The notes: a model not told the origin generated them from the sequence alone. Shown: positions 1-8,829, numbered from the stretch's first letter. The stretch: DNA of 32,000 bases from an uncultured archaeon (GCA_964354495.1 CAYHAA010000005.1:152663-184662); one strand, 5' to 3'. A program made the numbers and translations.

Positions 1-2
1 TT

Positions 3-221
3 ACACATCCAATAGAAGACAACATTATCCCTCATAGAATTGAGATACAGTGCAGCCTTGGCACCAAGTCCAGCAACGGGATTTGTCGATGTGGTCGTTG
101 TGTTATTACCGCCATTGCCAGGAAGATTCACCGCAACAATGAAGACACCAGTGGTGATGATGACTGCGACCAGCACCGAGGCAAGAACTTTATTTGATAG
201 CCCAGTTTCGTAGCTTTTCAA
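3..221 (-). CDS. Partial (runs off left edge) membrane-anchored surface protein with N-terminal TM helix and Asn/Thr-rich linker
   Basis: Not in the ORF track. My translation from TTG at 221 gives MKSYETGLSNKVLASVLVAVIITTGVFIVAVNLPGNGGNNTTTTSTNPVAGLGAKAALYLNSMRDNVVFYWMC, open to the window edge. A GAGG SD-like motif lies just upstream. Confidence 0.7.
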   Translation of the reverse strand, partial: MKSYETGLSNKVLASVLVAVIITTGVFIVAVNLPGNGGNNTTTTSTNPVAGLGAKAALYLNSMRDNVVFYWMC

Positions 222-269
222 TCATTTCGCCTCGGTATATATGTCCCCCGCAGAGATATGACTCTACGT

Positions 270-319
270 TTTGTACAGCATGTACAATGATTTGTACAGG
301 GTCTTTGATGTTGTCACAA
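270..319. promoter_or_regulatory. Candidate operator array of TGTACA palindromes in a divergent intergenic region
   Basis: TGTACA at 272-277, 281-286 and 293-298. TTGTACA-gca-TGTACAA inverted repeat at 271-287. TTTGTACAG direct repeat at 270 and 291. TTGTcACAA at 311-319. Confidence 0.45.
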
Positions 320-357
320 GAAAGTATTTGATGCACTACTGTAACTCCATTCAAATC

Positions 358-657
358 ATGCTCACAAGACGGGAAGAGATTACCAGACTTCTGGAATCCG
401 CCGAACAGCCAATGACTGCTCAGGACATCTGCGATATATTGGATTTGGAAAAGAGATCCATTGTCTATGATGACATCGATCATATCGCACGTTCAGTCAA
501 GAATCAGGGCAAGGAAGTCGTCGTCAAGCCGGCGAGCTGTGGCAAGTGTCATTATGTATTCAAGGTTAAGGGCTCAGCAAAGGCTCCCACCAAGTGTCCG
601 AAATGTAAGTCGGAGTGGCTATTGGCTCCTGCTTTTTTAATTAGAAACAGGAAATAA
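358..657 (+). CDS. Archaeal transcriptional regulator, HTH fused to Zn-ribbon (COG3357 / PF0610-like)
   Basis: MLTRREEITRLL...MTAQDI...VYDDIDHIARS winged-helix-like part, followed by CGKC...CPKCKSEW. The ORF track starts at 271; the family-like start is the ATG at 358. Confidence 0.85.
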   Translation: MLTRREEITRLLESAEQPMTAQDICDILDLEKRSIVYDDIDHIARSVKNQGKEVVVKPASCGKCHYVFKVKGSAKAPTKCPKCKSEWLLAPAFLIRNRK

Positions 658-660
658 TCA

Positions 661-969
661 CTATTCATCCAACTTGTAGACTCTTTTGATTCCAGCGCCC
701 TCGTGTTCGATGTCTGTGACCCTTGTCACCATGAAGTCGGAGAGACCAAATTCCGCATCCTCTACGTACCCATGAACCACTACTCTCATACCCACTCGAG
801 GAAGAAACCGATGCTTGTCCATTACACTCGCTGAAATTCGTACGGTATAGGTCTTCCCTGTAGACTCATTCTGGACCACAATATCAGTCGAACCATACCA
901 TTGTTGAGAGCTTACACGAGTCGTATGACTACGTCCAACTTCACGTATCACACCTTTGATAATCGTCAT
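661..969 (-). CDS. Small hypothetical protein, predicted OB-fold
   Basis: Five-strand pattern IIKGVIREVG / DIVVQNE / TYTVRIS / helix / GMRVVVHGYVE / FMVTRV. Its start codon overlaps the upstream stop (ATGA, 966-969). Confidence 0.7.
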   Translation of the reverse strand: MTIIKGVIREVGRSHTTRVSSQQWYGSTDIVVQNESTGKTYTVRISASVMDKHRFLPRVGMRVVVHGYVEDAEFGLSDFMVTRVTDIEHEGAGIKRVYKLDE

Positions 970-2243
970 TCGGCTTCACACTCCCATGGAGGGATGAGTC
1001 TGCCATATCGACCACCACCTCCGGCCATATAACACGCAGTACCATTCCGGTATGCTTCTATCACCTGTGCAACTCTATCACTGACTTCACGTATACTCTC
1101 TATGGGAGTACTTGTGAGAATAGAGGTTTCGGAACCAAAACTCGTTCTCATTCTATCGTATAGCTTGCCCGCGGTTCTCGAGGCGGAGGATTTGACTTCA
1201 AGGGCGGATGCGATGATATCGAGCAGCGGTGCGATATGGAGATAGCGAGGACGGTGGTCAGGAGATTTCGAAACTCCCTCGCCAATTTCCAGGGCACGGT
1301 CCCGCACTCCCAGACGAAGGGGCTTACCATCAGCAGGACAGTGCACCTTTCGTAGATGAATATCATGAAGAAGTCTATCCTTCTCTGCACTGTTGACACA
1401 ATTGATGTAGATGTTGAGATCGTCAAATATGGGGAATCCATCGCCCTCACTAATCACAAGTGTCCGGCGGCACTTGGAGCAGAACGACAGATAATACTTG
1501 CCAAGACGTGGATCTAGTCCAACATTCAAAGCAGCCTTTCTGCCTCCCTCGCGTCTTATTGCATGTCGAAGTTCCTCGAATGAACAAGACTCCATCTCGA
1601 ATCGTGTGAACTCTCTCCCCAACCTATCGGGACCCGGAGAGTGTGCATCACTCGAGGTGATGTACGTGAGATCTCGCAGTTGAGGGATGCAATCAGCAAT
1701 TTCAGAGTCAGCAGAGAGACCCAGCTCAATGAAGTGTATGTTGCTTGCTTCATGACCATAGCAAGTCTGGAGAGTCGAATGTCTATTCTCCCGAAATATG
1801 GACTTGAAGGGCGTGAAGGCATGAGCAGGCCCTATCATTCCCCCAACGTCTCGTACGAGCCCTGCTAATTCAGCACCGGCGATATTCACTCGTGGTCTCC
1901 CGCCCCACTCTGTTTCGAGATTAGGGGAATGTGGCCTGGTAGCTGTGCGCAGGTCTTCTACCGCGTCTAGGTCGGGCAAGATAACCACATGATGGATTGA
2001 TTCGAAATCCTCAATCTCGACTGTCGGGACAAATGCAATGGCATCAAACGTATAGACGTCATTGACTTGCTTCAGATGAGTTCGAAGATGTTTCAACCAT
2101 TGAGGCTGTGTTGCGTCCCCTGTTCCCAGCAGATGAAGCCCCTTCTCCTTCGCTCCCTGGGCGATTCGAGGGACAGTCATAGCACTACTTACGCCGATGG
2201 AGTGGAGAGAGTGGATATGGAGATCAGTATCAAAAAGAGGCAT
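966..2243 (-). CDS. endoQ: Endonuclease Q family PHP-domain protein (TIGR00375/COG1379)
   Basis: DLHIHS, GTGD, HAFTPF, ELGLSAD, SDAHS, RLGREF, LGKY, a Zn module (CSKC...CPAD), LGVRDR and a C-terminal GGGGRYG. Confidence 0.85.
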   Translation of the reverse strand: MPLFDTDLHIHSLHSIGVSSAMTVPRIAQGAKEKGLHLLGTGDATQPQWLKHLRTHLKQVNDVYTFDAIAFVPTVEIEDFESIHHVVILPDLDAVEDLRTATRPHSPNLETEWGGRPRVNIAGAELAGLVRDVGGMIGPAHAFTPFKSIFRENRHSTLQTCYGHEASNIHFIELGLSADSEIADCIPQLRDLTYITSSDAHSPGPDRLGREFTRFEMESCSFEELRHAIRREGGRKAALNVGLDPRLGKYYLSFCSKCRRTLVISEGDGFPIFDDLNIYINCVNSAEKDRLLHDIHLRKVHCPADGKPLRLGVRDRALEIGEGVSKSPDHRPRYLHIAPLLDIIASALEVKSSASRTAGKLYDRMRTSFGSETSILTSTPIESIREVSDRVAQVIEAYRNGTACYMAGGGGRYGRLIPPWECEAE

Positions 2244-2254
2244 GACTGATATCC

Positions 2255-3244
2255 TCAGAGGTTGATGACTACCTTTGTCACAGATGGTTGAGATGCAAAC
2301 TCAAATGCTTTGCTGCCATCCTCAAGTTTGAACACCTTTGAAACAAGCCGCTTGACCTCTACACGACCCTGTGCGAGGTATTCGATTGCTTTCTCGAATG
2401 GCCCCCGGCTGGTGCCAAAGACTGTCAGCTCCCTGTTGACAATGTCAGTTGGATTGATTGGATACTCACAGCCATGCATACTCTTCAGGGCAACAATGCC
2501 GCCATTTCTGACAATGCCCAGAGCCATACTGATGCCATCTATGTTGCCTGTCGCCTCGATTGCTATTCTCGGTCCAATTCCATTTGTTGCTTTGAGAATA
2601 TCACTACGCCAATTCCCAGAATCAGTATCATGCGTGTTCCGAAGGCCGAGTTGTTTTGCAAGGCCTAGCTGCCATCGATTATGACCTACAATGTGGACAT
2701 CGGCCCCGCACACATCGTAGACCTGTGCAAGTAGAAGAGCCAGCTTCCCGCTTCCAAATATGACTACAGGCTCATTCACCTCTGCATGTGCCTGTCGCTC
2801 CGTGGCAATCGCAGAGGCCAGAGGCTCTATGAATGTAGCTGATGTGGCGTCTACTTCTCCGGGCAATACATGCAGCAAGTCAACGGGAACACAGAGATAC
2901 TCTGAGAGCCCTCCATCACGTGTGAGACCTAGTACCTCTTTGGACGTACATAGATGTCTGTGTCCACTCCTGCAGAACCAGCATCTGCCACAAGGAATGT
3001 CAATCTCAGTTGTCACAGGAGTTCCTGCTTCAAAGTCAGGAGAAGAACTCTCATGAACGACTCCTGCTATCTCATGGCCAAGGACAACAGGGAGATTGGT
3101 TTCATAGTCTCCCTTCCAGATTGCCAAATCAGTACCGCAAATGCCGACAGAACGGACTTCTATCCGTACGTCGCCGGGCATGAGGGTGGGAATCGGCTTG
3201 TTAGCAATCTTCAAACCGTTTGAGGTCAATACAAGTGATTGCAT
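2255..3244 (-). CDS. Zn-dependent medium-chain alcohol dehydrogenase (MDR superfamily)
   Basis: GICGTD and GHE catalytic Zn ligands, CGRCWFCRSGHRHLC structural Zn site, GSGKLA nucleotide-binding loop, EPLA. Likely start is MQSLVL at 3244 (ORF track 3277). Confidence 0.9.
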   Translation of the reverse strand: MQSLVLTSNGLKIANKPIPTLMPGDVRIEVRSVGICGTDLAIWKGDYETNLPVVLGHEIAGVVHESSSPDFEAGTPVTTEIDIPCGRCWFCRSGHRHLCTSKEVLGLTRDGGLSEYLCVPVDLLHVLPGEVDATSATFIEPLASAIATERQAHAEVNEPVVIFGSGKLALLLAQVYDVCGADVHIVGHNRWQLGLAKQLGLRNTHDTDSGNWRSDILKATNGIGPRIAIEATGNIDGISMALGIVRNGGIVALKSMHGCEYPINPTDIVNRELTVFGTSRGPFEKAIEYLAQGRVEVKRLVSKVFKLEDGSKAFEFASQPSVTKVVINL

Positions 3245-3470
3245 AGTACCCTCCCTCTTCGTATTAGAGATGAACAAATCCTTCTACAAAAACGACAAGA
3301 TAAGATATTCGGTTGGAGTATGACTTAAGTGGAGGAGTCTACAGTTGAGCCTCACCTAACTTGCAATCGGTACGCCTGTCAAACCAGATAGGGCAGCCTT
3401 GGCTCGGCAAATCGGAGAGGCAATAACCTATACTTCACATGTATGAGCAGTAAGAGAAGAGGAGCAACTG

Positions 3471-4364
3471 ATGAGCGCACCAGTCATGTTCAACAGGCGG
3501 CTTCGCAGAGATGAGACTGACACATGGCTAGATCTTGTGGATCAGACCACCGAACACGGTTGCGCAGATCGGAAACTTGCTTTGAGCTACTTGGGACTTC
3601 CTGATACGATTGCATTCGTTTCAAGTATCAATGATGAGATGATTGGCGGAACTGCGATATATCAAGACAGGAATCGCTTGGGAATGGTTCTGAGTTCGGT
3701 GGCGGTACTTAGGAAACTCAGAAGAACTAGTGCATTTCAGATTATCAAGACCTCTCTTCCCTTCCTGAGAACCGCTGCGATACGAAACGTCGATGCCCTC
3801 GTTGCAGATAGACCACAGCGGACAGGGATAGGCTTTCCAGCAAGTCTAGCACTTGACTCGTGGACAATGAGAACTCTGGCAAGTATGGATTTTGAGTCTA
3901 TTGGGACTATGTGGAGCTATGTTCTTGAATGCGGTGAAAGCAGCATGGTCGACTCGAATGAAACGAAGTGGGACAGAGAACCAAATGTGGAGGGAACAAA
4001 GCAGCTAATCTGGGCACAGAGAGAAGCGACAGGACAGTCTAATTCTCTTGTATGGAATGCTTTTGATTTTGCATGCAGTAGAAAGACGCTCAAGACCTAT
4101 TCGGTCGATGGTGTCGCAAGAATTGCCTCCAGTATTGAGAGGCTCAATGATATCACTGTTGTAGGGCTGATAGTGGTTGATCCTGATTGTTCCGAATCAT
4201 CTGCAGTGAATTACGTCGTTTCTGAGCTATGCAGAGAACAGACATTGATCGTTCATATTCCGCTCGTTGGTGGAGGACTAACTAGTCTTGTAGAGTCATT
4301 AGCTGACCGACTAGGTGCATCTCCGAAGAAACAGCCTCTGACATTACTGAGAAAACGCCTGTAG
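3471..4364 (+). CDS. Hypothetical protein, possibly a degenerate tandem GNAT fold
   Basis: 297-aa ORF with a purine-rich SD-like leader. AFVSSINDEMIGGTAIY and LSSVAVLRKLRRTSAFQII resemble GNAT strands and motif A but lack the glycines. Confidence 0.6.
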   Translation: MSAPVMFNRRLRRDETDTWLDLVDQTTEHGCADRKLALSYLGLPDTIAFVSSINDEMIGGTAIYQDRNRLGMVLSSVAVLRKLRRTSAFQIIKTSLPFLRTAAIRNVDALVADRPQRTGIGFPASLALDSWTMRTLASMDFESIGTMWSYVLECGESSMVDSNETKWDREPNVEGTKQLIWAQREATGQSNSLVWNAFDFACSRKTLKTYSVDGVARIASSIERLNDITVVGLIVVDPDCSESSAVNYVVSELCREQTLIVHIPLVGGGLTSLVESLADRLGASPKKQPLTLLRKRL

Positions 4365-4385
4365 GAAAAGTCATTTTCCATTGCC

Positions 4386-6551
4386 TCAGGGCTTTCTTCT
4401 CGAAACGATTCTAAGCACGACAGCAGTACCTGCAACACCAGACACAATAATGAGAGGTATATATGGCTCGATGAAAGCAGCCCCCGTACCTACAATAGCA
4501 GTCATAACGCCACCTTCAGCACTGTTCATCGCCCAATCCCATGCAACAATCCACAATGTCAAATTCGACTCATACGAAACTCCGGGAACTGAAACTGACC
4601 AGTTCAGATTTTCAAATGAGCACTCGTACGCGTGGGTCATATTTCCATCTGCTCTTGCATAAAGCGTGACATTCTCAAGACCTGACTTATCGGTAACATG
4701 AGCCCAATAAACGAAGGATGTCGAGTTACTGATAGGAGGCGTTGTTCCCCAACTATCGATGACCGGAGGGGTTTCATCGGTTCTGGAATAGATCATACGC
4801 TTTGACCAATCCCTAGCAGAACACAGTTCTTTGTACGCTCCCATCCAATCCATCTGATTGTAGAGAGCGCGAGCATTCGCAAATGCTTGAATGGCGCGAG
4901 ATTCCGCCATGAATGTCTTCTCAGGATCCTCAGGGCTGAGATACCCTTGTCTGAACACAAAGAAATTCCAGAGCTCTGCCTCCATCTGATCCAGATAGGT
5001 TCCCTGTACCCAGTTTCTGTCAAAGGACGATGTGCCATTATGCATCCCAAAATAGACCAAGGGGCTATAGCTGAAGTCGCTGGCATAGTGCTCATGTTGC
5101 CATGTGTGAGAAAAGCCAATGGCATGCATTGATTCATGGAGCTCCATACTTGACACGCCTTCACGAGGCGTGACGTTGTCTGAATGGAAGTATCGCTCCA
5201 TTGATTTGCACACTAGTGTCTGTCCGCCGTCTTGCCCATTCAATCCAAGTCCCGTGTATGTCCCGTCACCATAGTACATGAGCATGTTCTTTCTGATGAA
5301 GACGACGCCATAGACATTGATGTTGTCGGGACCTGTCGCTATTCGATATGGCCTAACATTCTCGTATATGTGCTCCATTAGAGAACTGCCAGCCACCTGA
5401 GTCACTCCTTCAGTTGTGACCGTGGCAAATGCCCAAAACGTGTTGTTCCAAAATGTACTAGTCTCACTATCAAGAAAGCTGACACTGACATGCCAATCGA
5501 TGAATGGAAGCAGCTCCTCCAGGTGTGTTCTCTGCATTTCAGCATTAGTGACCCAATGAAAGTCATCAATAGAGTGACCATCATTTCCATCAATGTGTAT
5601 TACTTCAACCTTCAACTCACCGGAGGCCACATATTTCGCAGGACTGTGTTGGTAGGGGAATAAGAGGCAGGATATGATATCATGCATGTAGTCTCTCAAA
5701 TACTCGTTGAGGAACTGGACCCCCGCAGTTGTATTAAGGTCCAGCTCACGAGTCCTGTCTTCCAGGTCCTTTGTCCAATGACCATATTCCGTGGAGATGT
5801 AGTCTTGCCACCAAATTCGTGCCCATCGCAGATACCATTGGTCAGCGGAGGGATCGAGTGCGTAGACATTTTCTCTCCCACCAATACCCGCATACTGCAT
5901 CATTATTGGAGGGTTGATGCTGTAATCGAATTCGAGTCTGAACCAATTCTGAGAAACTCCTGTATCAGGATCCATTGGGTGATAGTCAAACCAATGCTCC
6001 ATGCTATGGTCGGGTGCATCAAATTCTGAGAGATTCAGGAGATAGAAGTTGTAGCCGAAACTGGGTGGCGGAACAAATGGATTTTCCACAAGCCAATCCT
6101 CAACAGCATATCCATCTATCGAACGACCTGCGCGTTCATCAAATACGCGAAGGGGAGTGTTGGGATTCACCCTCTGTATCGCTAAGGCAGACTCGTTGAG
6201 CTTCGTGCCAATGTCAGCACCCACAAGCGATTTCTCAAGTGCCAATTGTCGTAGAGAGTCTGCATAGGAATCAGTCGCATAATAGAGATTGTACTCGATG
6301 CTGTAAGTGATGGGAATCGTTTCTGTGTTATATCCCCTTTTCACAGGTAATGTCGCGAGTATAGCTGTTTCATTGATGAACAATGGATCGTAGTCCACTA
6401 GGATTACATTCGTAGTCCAATTTCGTTCAATGCTGGTAAGGGTCTGAGCGGTCTGAATCTGTTTGATGGGCAAGTCATGCCCAGCAATGGTTGAACTGGG
6501 GACAAAGGTGAAGGCGAGCGCAAGGATGATGAAGACTACTGCCCATCGCAT
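4386..6551 (-). CDS. Secreted, C-terminally anchored zinc metalloprotease (metzincin-type motif) with an Ig-like domain
   Basis: N-terminal signal peptide. HESMHAIGFSH (HExxHxxGxxH) at 5106-5138. DETPPVI...VTDKSGLENVTL...IVAWDWAMN Ig-like segment. C-terminal TM followed by RRKP. Confidence 0.75.
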   Translation of the reverse strand: MRWAVVFIILALAFTFVPSSTIAGHDLPIKQIQTAQTLTSIERNWTTNVILVDYDPLFINETAILATLPVKRGYNTETIPITYSIEYNLYYATDSYADSLRQLALEKSLVGADIGTKLNESALAIQRVNPNTPLRVFDERAGRSIDGYAVEDWLVENPFVPPPSFGYNFYLLNLSEFDAPDHSMEHWFDYHPMDPDTGVSQNWFRLEFDYSINPPIMMQYAGIGGRENVYALDPSADQWYLRWARIWWQDYISTEYGHWTKDLEDRTRELDLNTTAGVQFLNEYLRDYMHDIISCLLFPYQHSPAKYVASGELKVEVIHIDGNDGHSIDDFHWVTNAEMQRTHLEELLPFIDWHVSVSFLDSETSTFWNNTFWAFATVTTEGVTQVAGSSLMEHIYENVRPYRIATGPDNINVYGVVFIRKNMLMYYGDGTYTGLGLNGQDGGQTLVCKSMERYFHSDNVTPREGVSSMELHESMHAIGFSHTWQHEHYASDFSYSPLVYFGMHNGTSSFDRNWVQGTYLDQMEAELWNFFVFRQGYLSPEDPEKTFMAESRAIQAFANARALYNQMDWMGAYKELCSARDWSKRMIYSRTDETPPVIDSWGTTPPISNSTSFVYWAHVTDKSGLENVTLYARADGNMTHAYECSFENLNWSVSVPGVSYESNLTLWIVAWDWAMNSAEGGVMTAIVGTGAAFIEPYIPLIIVSGVAGTAVVLRIVSRRKP

Positions 6552-6751
6552 GTCCGTCTAGAATGCCTACGATTCATATTAACAACGTGGTTCACGCTCT
6601 TGGCTCCTAAGCCATAGAATCATCGAACTCTCATGTGTGAATGAGTGGATTTCTTAAGAAATGGTTAATGACATAAATCAGAGAACAGCAGCACACCAAA
6701 ATCAGCGGAAACCCTTTTGTGTAGCACTGCTCTATCAAAAGTGGTCGTCCC

Positions 6752-7756
6752 ATGTCAACACTCGATGTGAAGAAAATCGGATCAGGGGTTCTTCTCCGAT
6801 ATGGCGATGTCAGATTGGCATTTGACACTGGCATCAAGGGAGAAACCACTCTTCTGTCACATTCGCATTCAGATCATATCGGGGGACTGAAGTACGCACA
6901 TGATATCATTGCCACTCAAGCGACGTTCGATACATGGAGCGCAAGAGGTACTGAGCCAGTGGCCAAGAAGACGGTGCTAGAAATCGATGACATGTTTGGG
7001 CAGATAGGAGTCAACATAACTCCGTTGAATGCAGGCCATGTCCTTGGCTCAGCCATGTTCTACCTAGAGTTCAATGATGGACTCACAGTCCTCTATACGG
7101 GTGACTTCAACAATGTCGATAGTCTGGTTCACACAGCGGCGAAGCCTGTTGTAGCTGATGTCCTCATCACCGAAGCAACCTACGGTGAGCCAGCGTGGGT
7201 CTTCCCGGACAGAAGGAAGGTGTATGATAACATTCTGCAGGCAGCATCAGAAACCATAGCTGAGGGGCGTACTCCGGTATTCAGCGCATACTCCCTCGGT
7301 AAGTCACAGGAAGCAATCGCCCTCCTGCAAAGCGGAGGATTCAGAGTCATAACTGGCAACACGAGCATTGACAGAGTGTGCAAGGTGTACGTCAATCATG
7401 GCGTGAGTCTCAAACATTATACCATGAAATCTGCCAATGTATCTGAAGCCCTGGAATCAGGAGCTGTAGTGGTCACATCATCGCTTCGCAATACGATTGC
7501 CACAGCAAGACACCAGCTAGATAAGAGATCGATAGAAAGATTCGAGCAAAATATGGACACGTTCAATCTCTCAGGGTGGACCCTTGGAAAATTCGCAGAG
7601 CGAGGGTTCCCATTGAGCGCTCATTCAGACTTCCAAGGTCTGCTTGATTTTGCCAAGTCAGTCAACCCAAGAGTGGCGTATGTATTCACAGATAGAGCAG
7701 GCGTGTTTTCGAAGCATTTGTCAGATTCTGGTATCAATGCGGTACCGCTAGAGTAG
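6752..7756 (+). CDS. Metallo-beta-lactamase / beta-CASP nuclease (COG1236-like, short form)
   Basis: FDTG, SHSHSDHIGG, AGHVLGSA, YTGDF, TEATYG, YSLGKSQE, LSAHSD. Confidence 0.88.
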   Translation: MSTLDVKKIGSGVLLRYGDVRLAFDTGIKGETTLLSHSHSDHIGGLKYAHDIIATQATFDTWSARGTEPVAKKTVLEIDDMFGQIGVNITPLNAGHVLGSAMFYLEFNDGLTVLYTGDFNNVDSLVHTAAKPVVADVLITEATYGEPAWVFPDRRKVYDNILQAASETIAEGRTPVFSAYSLGKSQEAIALLQSGGFRVITGNTSIDRVCKVYVNHGVSLKHYTMKSANVSEALESGAVVVTSSLRNTIATARHQLDKRSIERFEQNMDTFNLSGWTLGKFAERGFPLSAHSDFQGLLDFAKSVNPRVAYVFTDRAGVFSKHLSDSGINAVPLE

Positions 7757-8320
7757 GTGGTAGAGTTGAACGAAGACAAGTCCGATATGGTAGAGCCGGT
7801 GCATGCAGATTCGTTCTATTCAGTTTCATCGACAGGAGAGATCCATGAACGTCTGTGCTTCGAATACCTTGATATGGATCGGTACTACTCGAAGGTGCTT
7901 CGTGATGAAAGACTTCTGGCCGATGAGGTAGAAAAACTCGCGGGAAGCCTGCAGTTTTTCCTAGACAAAGAACGAGTCGAGATTAATGGAATGGGAGCCA
8001 AGTCAAGAGTAGATTACTGTGATATATTTCTGAAGGGAACGACAGACGTGGTTGCAGTAGTATACCTGATTGATTTCGCAGGGCATCTTCACAAAGGGCC
8101 GAATAAGATTGAAACTTGGGTTGAGGAAGAGACTGCACCATACGATTTTGAGATCCTATGGAGGTTTCCCATGGGGACAAGGATTACCGAAGTAGAGACT
8201 ATCCTCGAATACGAGATCTATGAGGACATTCTCAGCCTGTGGGCGTTGGAAGGCGAGGATGTAGGCGGATACGAGAGAATGATGTTCAACCTCCCGGAAA
8301 AAACCCTGAATAGACGGTGA
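7757..8320 (+). CDS. Acidic hypothetical protein, probably co-transcribed with the beta-CASP gene
   Basis: 187-aa ORF whose GTG directly follows the upstream stop. C-terminal GGYERMMF motif. No family recognised. Confidence 0.7.
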   Translation: MVELNEDKSDMVEPVHADSFYSVSSTGEIHERLCFEYLDMDRYYSKVLRDERLLADEVEKLAGSLQFFLDKERVEINGMGAKSRVDYCDIFLKGTTDVVAVVYLIDFAGHLHKGPNKIETWVEEETAPYDFEILWRFPMGTRITEVETILEYEIYEDILSLWALEGEDVGGYERMMFNLPEKTLNRR

Positions 8321-8326
8321 ACCATC

Positions 8327-8575
8327 GTGCAGGTGACATGGCTCGTTCAGGTTCTTGGGTGGGCTCTTCTCATTACGGGCATTCTCTGTGTCATCGTTGC
8401 ACTTGGTCTGGCTGTACTGAGATCAGAGCCTGGTGAGGAGCGGAAGACGGAGAGCAAAGGCATTGTATTGTTGGGACCAATACCGATAGTATGGGGCTAT
8501 GGGAGAAAAGGGTGGTTAGTTGCAGGAATCATTGGATTGATACTCTGTCTTCTATGGCTGGTATTCTTTCTTTAG
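8327..8575 (+). CDS. DUF131 / TIGR00304 family small membrane protein
   Basis: Two hydrophobic helices flanking the signature KGIVLLGPIPIVWG. Confidence 0.85.
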   Translation: MQVTWLVQVLGWALLITGILCVIVALGLAVLRSEPGEERKTESKGIVLLGPIPIVWGYGRKGWLVAGIIGLILCLLWLVFFL

Positions 8576-8829
8576 CCATTCCAGCCACATTCTGGGCAGA
8601 AGTTGCTTCCTTTGAGAATTCTGACAATCTTACCATTCGGGAGGCATTCTGGACAGAGCCCGATATGCTTGCCACATGTCGGACATAGATCTTTTCGATT
8701 GAGGTCGCGAATACAGGTTATGGTTCCGCATGAAGAGCATTTGACAGCGTGGTCTGGACAGAACTCGTTGTGACACCTATCGCAGCGGATTTTTGCCTTC
8801 TCTCGACAGACTGTGCACGACTTTGGCAT
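8572..8829 (-). CDS. Small multi-Zn-finger protein (B-box/AN1-like knuckles plus a Zn-ribbon)
   Basis: Likely start MPKSC at 8829 (ORF track 8934). 85 aa with 14 Cys: CTVC, CDRC, CPDH, CSSC, CIRD, CPTC, CPEC, CPEC. Confidence 0.7.
   Translation of the reverse strand: MPKSCTVCREKAKIRCDRCHNEFCPDHAVKCSSCGTITCIRDLNRKDLCPTCGKHIGLCPECLPNGKIVRILKGSNFCPECGWNG

Noticed and set aside
3278-3470. Structured ncRNA or riboswitch in the intergenic region
   Set aside because: Only short 4-5 bp stems, and no tRNA, SRP, RNase P or riboswitch signature recognised.
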